This document shows, one piece after another, positions 59,441 to 64,000 of a stretch of 64,000 bases of DNA. Numbering within the stretch: the first letter of the stretch is position 1; the number at the start of each line of letters is the position of its first letter. The notes beneath the pieces were generated by a model, which searched no databases, was not told where the DNA came from, and was given only the letters and a program-made list of their open reading frames with translations. A program made the position numbers and the translations under genes. The DNA lies in assembly GCA_965200315.1 (NCBI GenBank), contig OZ241362.1, forward strand, positions 768,001-832,000, written 5' to 3'. Source of the stretch: Candidatus Latescibacterota bacterium (GTDB lineage: Bacteria > Latescibacterota > UBA2968 > UBA8231).

Positions 59441-59600
59441 TTTGGCACCTATGAATGAGATTGGTGGTTTCCACTTGGCGTAGCCTAACACCCATAGTGC
59501 CTTGCTGTCAATGTTTGGCTGGTGTCCGGTTGACGAGTGTGCGGGGGGCGTTACCTTACGGCAGGTTTAAAACTAACCTTTCGCGAAGGTCGATTCGCCG

Positions 59601-60419
59601 GTGAGCGCAATCTCGGAAAAAGACAAGGAAACGTACGCCGCGCAGGGGTTTCTCATCCTGCGCCAAGCCTTTGCACAAACCCGAATCGCGGCGCTGCTCG
59701 AAGCGGTCGAACGCCTGATCGACAAAGGGCGGGCGAGCGAGTGCGAGATAGGCTGGATTGACCGCGAGCGCCGTTTGCCGTCCCGCACCGGCCACCTGCT
59801 CAATCCCGACAAGTACCACCCCGCCTTCGCCGACTGGATTGACGACGATCTCGCGCCCTATCTCGAAGCCCTAGTCTGCGGCCCGGGAATACGCCATAGC
59901 CTGTTTGGCATGCTCGCCAGCGGCGGCGGAAAGCCGTACACCCAGAAATGGCACCGCGATCTCGGCAAACCGGGAGACGAGGCGGAAACTGCGTACCTGC
60001 GCCGACACGAGGGCCGCTTCGTGCAGTTCAATGCCCCGCTCGTTGCCGGGGATCGCTTCCTCAACATCGTCCCCGGGAGTCACCTGCGAGCGTCGACGGC
60101 CGCGGAAATCACAGCGTCCCGCAGCGAATCGGGGGACATGCCCAACGCCCTCGTCGTCGAGTTGGAACCGGGAGACATCGCTTACTACAACGCCAACCTC
60201 TGGCACCGGGGATGGAACCCGGAGGGACACAAGCGCTGGACCATGCACTGCGCCTTCTGGAACGCTGGGGCAACGGTGATGCAGCACGAGTACGGACAGC
60301 GCGAGCCGCTGACCCAGCCGGGGCATCTGGAGCAGATGCCCCCCGTTACTCGGCAGTACATCCAGAGCTACCTCGACAACTATCCCGAGGTGGCCCCGCC
60401 CTCCATATTCGATCTGTAG
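59601..60419 (+). CDS. PhyH family dioxygenase
   Basis: QGFLILR, WHRD, VPGSH, WHRG. Confidence 0.88.
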   Translation: MSAISEKDKETYAAQGFLILRQAFAQTRIAALLEAVERLIDKGRASECEIGWIDRERRLPSRTGHLLNPDKYHPAFADWIDDDLAPYLEALVCGPGIRHSLFGMLASGGGKPYTQKWHRDLGKPGDEAETAYLRRHEGRFVQFNAPLVAGDRFLNIVPGSHLRASTAAEITASRSESGDMPNALVVELEPGDIAYYNANLWHRGWNPEGHKRWTMHCAFWNAGATVMQHEYGQREPLTQPGHLEQMPPVTRQYIQSYLDNYPEVAPPSIFDL

Positions 60420-60455
60420 ACATGCACAGTTTGCAAGTGCTAGGGGCGGCCCATA

Positions 60456-60896
60456 TTGCAAAGGATATCAATCATACTCGTAAGCGTTGTAACTTCCGCC
60501 GCTTACAGCCAACCTGCGGCGACCACGCCCGCTATGGCCGCATCCCCCAGCGACCACTCACCTACCAAGTCCCAACTCACACTAACTTGGCATCTAGCCG
60601 AACATGTGAGAGAAAGCTATAGTGGCTGGAACAGCCTCGCCCATATCGGCGCAGTCGGGACCACTTGGCTGTTGAGCAAATCCGGCGTCGACGCCGACGT
60701 CCAAGCTTGGTCGGCGCGGCGCAATGAGACCTTGTCTATCGCCGCTAGCGTCCCCGCGCTTATCGGCGGCTTCTTCGTCCCCGTCGCTGTGCCGCTCTAT
60801 ATGAGGCGCTCCGACGCTACCCGCATCCGCAACGGCGGCTTCGCTTGGGGCTACTTGCAGCCATTAGCTGCTCCCGGCCATTGGGGACTCAACTGA
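60456..60896 (+). CDS. Secreted or membrane hypothetical protein, possibly internally deleted
   Basis: Signal peptide plus two hydrophobic segments; abrupt change of character near RNGG|FAWG. Confidence 0.5.
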   Translation: MQRISIILVSVVTSAAYSQPAATTPAMAASPSDHSPTKSQLTLTWHLAEHVRESYSGWNSLAHIGAVGTTWLLSKSGVDADVQAWSARRNETLSIAASVPALIGGFFVPVAVPLYMRRSDATRIRNGGFAWGYLQPLAAPGHWGLN

Positions 60897-61025
60897 CGCT
60901 AAACACCGATTAGCGACTGGCCACGCACCTCAGTGTCTTGAGTTTGCAAATATGCGATACCATGGTGGCACAAGAGACTGTGGCATTTTAGTATTATTTG
61001 CGCGGTGAAACGGAGATCGACGGCA

Positions 61026-61967
61026 ATGAACGCAAAATACGAATGGCACTGCGTCACTGAGAGCGCGGCCTTCGCGGCTCGCGATGGCGCTGGCGCATTG
61101 GTGTTCCACGATAAAATGTGGCTGCTGGGCGGCTGGAACCCAAGAGATAAAGTCCACTTCCCGCAGATCTGCAACAGTGAGGTCTGGTCGTCGGCCAACG
61201 GTGCCTCTTGGACGCTTGAGAATCCCCAAGCGCCTTGGGAAGGAAGGCATACGGCCGGCTATGTGGTGCACGACGGCCGGATGTGGATCGTAGGCGGCGA
61301 TTGCAATCAGGGCCATTATCAGAACGATGTCTGGAGCAGTGCGGACGGCATTCATTGGGATCTAGCCAATGATCACGTGCCGTGGGCTCCCCGAGTACTC
61401 CATTATACCCTAGCCTTCGACGGTCGGATATGGGTTATGGGCGGACAAACCATCCCTAATTTTGCCGACGCCGACGAGGTCTTCCACAACGATGGGTGGA
61501 GTTCGGACGATGGAGTAAACTGGACCCAAGTTACCGAGCGCGCTCCGTGGGTGCCCAGAGGGATGATCGGCGGAGCCGCTGTGCACGACGACAGGATGTG
61601 GATTCTGGGTGGGGGCACCTACGATACGCCTGCAACTCCTATCCGCAATTTCTACAATGATGTGTGGAGTTCAGACGATGGGATAAACTGGGAACATCAC
61701 ATAGCACATGCTCCGTGGACGCCGCGGCAATACCACGAGGTGGCCGCGTTCGATGATCATCTGTGGGTGTTGGAAGGCTATGCGGCAGAGAGCGGCAATC
61801 GCCGCGATGTGTGGTATTCGCCCAATGGCGTGGACTGGACCGAATTGCTCGATACCCCTTGGGCACCCCGCCATGCCGGGAGCGTGTTCGTGTACGACGG
61901 GTCGCTGTGGATGGTGGCCGGGAATAATATGGAGCCGGATGTCTGGCGGCTTTCGCGCAGAAAATAG
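61026..61967 (+). CDS. Kelch-repeat beta-propeller protein
   Basis: About six repeats of PWxxR...DGxMWxxGG...NDVWSSxDGxxW. Confidence 0.9.
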   Translation: MNAKYEWHCVTESAAFAARDGAGALVFHDKMWLLGGWNPRDKVHFPQICNSEVWSSANGASWTLENPQAPWEGRHTAGYVVHDGRMWIVGGDCNQGHYQNDVWSSADGIHWDLANDHVPWAPRVLHYTLAFDGRIWVMGGQTIPNFADADEVFHNDGWSSDDGVNWTQVTERAPWVPRGMIGGAAVHDDRMWILGGGTYDTPATPIRNFYNDVWSSDDGINWEHHIAHAPWTPRQYHEVAAFDDHLWVLEGYAAESGNRRDVWYSPNGVDWTELLDTPWAPRHAGSVFVYDGSLWMVAGNNMEPDVWRLSRRK

Positions 61968-61975
61968 GCGTCTTT

Positions 61976-62821
61976 ATGGACCGAAGAATGGAAGAATACC
62001 GCGCTCAGGGTTATACCGTATTCGAGGGGCTGTACGACGAAGCCACCATGCAGACTTGGCGCGACGAGCAGGATCGCCTGCAAGCCCTCGCCACAGAGGG
62101 GCCCCATGTGCAAGAACGGACCCATTGGTTCGGCAATATGCTCGAACGAGCGCCGCAACTGATGTGGCCAGCCGTGGTTCATCCGGCCATTCTCGATTTT
62201 GCCGAGCAGGTGGTGGGGCCTTTCGTGCAGCTCGACAACCTCACCTTGGCCGCCTTTCCCGCCGTGGAGCCGAAAGAAGCCGCCGGTAAGGTCAGCGCTT
62301 GGCACCGAGACCGCTGGGCTCGCATGCCCAGCGGCGCGTACGAACGCCCGCTGGCCTTTAATGCCATCTGCTATCTACAGGACTTAGACGACGAATACGG
62401 ACCGCTCAGGGTGCTGCCCGGTTCGCACGTCGAGGCCATTGCCCTAGCCGAAGAAGAAATCCGCAAGCCGCACCAAGACGAACTGTTGATCTACATGAAA
62501 GCCGGCGATGTGGTTTTGACCCACAACGGCCTGCTGCACTCGGGGACGCCCAATACCTCGGGACGCAAGCGCTACTTCTTCAGTGTGTACTACAACATCT
62601 CTTGGCTCAAACACACGGATACATTCACCGGCCCCAACTGCCAACAGCTCATCAACTGGGCCCGGAGCCGGCAGGATCACCGGGCCCTGCGTCTGTTGGG
62701 TCAGGACGAGCACTTGCAGAGCCGCGCCAACAGCGGTTTCCAACAGCCCGACGAAACGCGTTGGCATCAGTGGTCCCAAGCCGACCAACGCGTGCTTGAA
62801 GAGACCGCCAAACGGGAATAG
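61976..62821 (+). CDS. PhyH family dioxygenase
   Basis: QGYTVFE, WHRD, LPGSH, LHSG. Confidence 0.9.
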   Translation: MDRRMEEYRAQGYTVFEGLYDEATMQTWRDEQDRLQALATEGPHVQERTHWFGNMLERAPQLMWPAVVHPAILDFAEQVVGPFVQLDNLTLAAFPAVEPKEAAGKVSAWHRDRWARMPSGAYERPLAFNAICYLQDLDDEYGPLRVLPGSHVEAIALAEEEIRKPHQDELLIYMKAGDVVLTHNGLLHSGTPNTSGRKRYFFSVYYNISWLKHTDTFTGPNCQQLINWARSRQDHRALRLLGQDEHLQSRANSGFQQPDETRWHQWSQADQRVLEETAKRE

Positions 62822-62829
62822 TGCCCGCG

Positions 62830-64000
62830 ATGTTAGCTTTCAAACCACCTAAACCGAGTGTGCCAACGATTCAAATTGTACAAGCCCTGATACCGCTTGC
62901 GAATCGCTTGTATTTGAAAGGGTTGACGCTCGATGTCGATGAAGCGTCCATTGCTTGGTTGGAGGCTATACGTGGGCATTCTACGGTCTTAGCCCCTAAC
63001 CATCCGGCGCATGAAGACCCTATGGTTATGTTCCTCTTATCAAAGCAGTTATCGCAACCGTTCTACTACATGGCAGCGCGGGAAGCCTTCGACAAGGGTA
63101 GATTCGGGGCTATCCGATGCTGTTTGATGCAGCGGTGCGGTGTGTACTCGGTGGTACGCGGCACTGTAGATAGAGACGCCTTCCGCACGACTCGGGAGCT
63201 TTTGTTCAAAGGCGACTGGCCGGTTGTCATCTTTGGCGAAGGGGAAATTTCGCGCCAAAATGCCACTGTCATGCGCTTTGAGAGAGGCATCGTCCAGATG
63301 TGCTTTTGGGCCTTGGACGATATGAAAAAAGCGCAAGTTAGCAAATCGCTCTACGCCGTGCCCGTCGGCATCAAATATCACTATCCGCACGACATGTGGA
63401 ATTCTATTGATGCTGCTCTCACGAGGTTAGAACGGTATATCCTTCCGTCGGCCGAACAGACGCCGGTAGAACGCTATGATCGGTTGCGCCGCATCGGTGT
63501 TGCGATATTCAGGACACTCGCAGCGGAATATCAGTACAAGATAGACGAAACTGTGTCCCTTGATGTCCATATCGAAAGGTTGAAAGATGCGATCCTGTCC
63601 CATGCCGAAGGGATTATGGGTATCCACACTGAAGCCGACATACTCACAAGGACACGGGCATTGAAAAACATAGTCGATGCCGAAATCTATCGGGACATTG
63701 AGCAGATGACGGAGTACGAGCAGAAAATACACGGAGAGCAACTCCAGAAATTTCAACAATTCTATCCCGATCTGGAGAGGTTGATCAATTTTATATCAAT
63801 TTCAGACGGGTATGTTGCTGAAGAACCATCGCCAGAGCGGTTTCTCGATGTGATTATTCGTCTTGAAAGAGAAGTCTTTGGTAGGTCAGAAATGCGCGGA
63901 CCGCGGGTGGCATCAGTCCGCGTCGGCGAACCGAAAGATCTCCGGGCATGTTACGATACCTACAGAACTCAGAAAAGGGAGACCGTAGAACAGATAACCC
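62830..64000 (+). CDS. 1-acyl-sn-glycerol-3-phosphate acyltransferase family protein (3' end outside window; not in the ORF track)
   Basis: My translation: MLAFKPPKP...LAPNHPAHEDP (NHx4D)...YYMAARE...GVYSVVRG...IFGEGEIS...PVGIKY; no stop seen before the window end. Confidence 0.88.
   Translation, partial: MLAFKPPKPSVPTIQIVQALIPLANRLYLKGLTLDVDEASIAWLEAIRGHSTVLAPNHPAHEDPMVMFLLSKQLSQPFYYMAAREAFDKGRFGAIRCCLMQRCGVYSVVRGTVDRDAFRTTRELLFKGDWPVVIFGEGEISRQNATVMRFERGIVQMCFWALDDMKKAQVSKSLYAVPVGIKYHYPHDMWNSIDAALTRLERYILPSAEQTPVERYDRLRRIGVAIFRTLAAEYQYKIDETVSLDVHIERLKDAILSHAEGIMGIHTEADILTRTRALKNIVDAEIYRDIEQMTEYEQKIHGEQLQKFQQFYPDLERLINFISISDGYVAEEPSPERFLDVIIRLEREVFGRSEMRGPRVASVRVGEPKDLRACYDTYRTQKRETVEQIT

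Noticed and set aside
60931-60980. CAGTGTCTTG...CAAGAGACTG stem upstream of the kelch gene as a riboswitch
   Set aside because: It is only an imperfect 10-bp stem with no recognisable aptamer motif or terminator.
1-64000. CRISPR array, rRNA, prophage or intact transposase
   Set aside because: No spaced direct repeats, rRNA-like stretches, cas, phage or transposase motifs were seen.

Overview
This is a 64-kb, GC-rich bacterial chromosomal segment. It shows no CRISPR array, rRNA, prophage or intact IS element. Core-gene blocks are rplM-rpsI-rpsB-tsf-frr, queA-ispDF-dedA, hrcA-grpE-dnaJ-mrp-prmA-aroQ, glnA-hemC-cobA/hemD, rnhB-yraN, pyrC, cysK and tRNA-Ala(UGC). They alternate with accessory catabolic and surface genes: four PhyH-type dioxygenase loci, several oxidoreductases, a kelch protein and three secreted proteins with FlgD-Ig-type C-terminal domains. 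This content resembles FCB-related, host- or sponge-associated uncultured bacteria such as Ca. Latescibacterota; that placement is inference only. The most interesting candidates are: (1) a MerR regulator with a six-Cys tail heading an iscA-iscS-(rhodanese/MoeB-like) operon, with a palindrome over its own promoter, where IscR would normally sit; (2) a sigma54-type promoter in front of an SSB paralogue lacking the acidic tail; (3) a decayed secreted gene with a possible UGA/Sec codon beside a redoxin remnant; (4) a tandem pair of large discoidin/FlgD proteins; (5) a codon-skew mosaic inside glnA; (6) absence of pyrH and dnaK from their usual operons; and (7) many frameshifted or deleted accessory genes. 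All calls come from reading motifs by eye; no searches were run.
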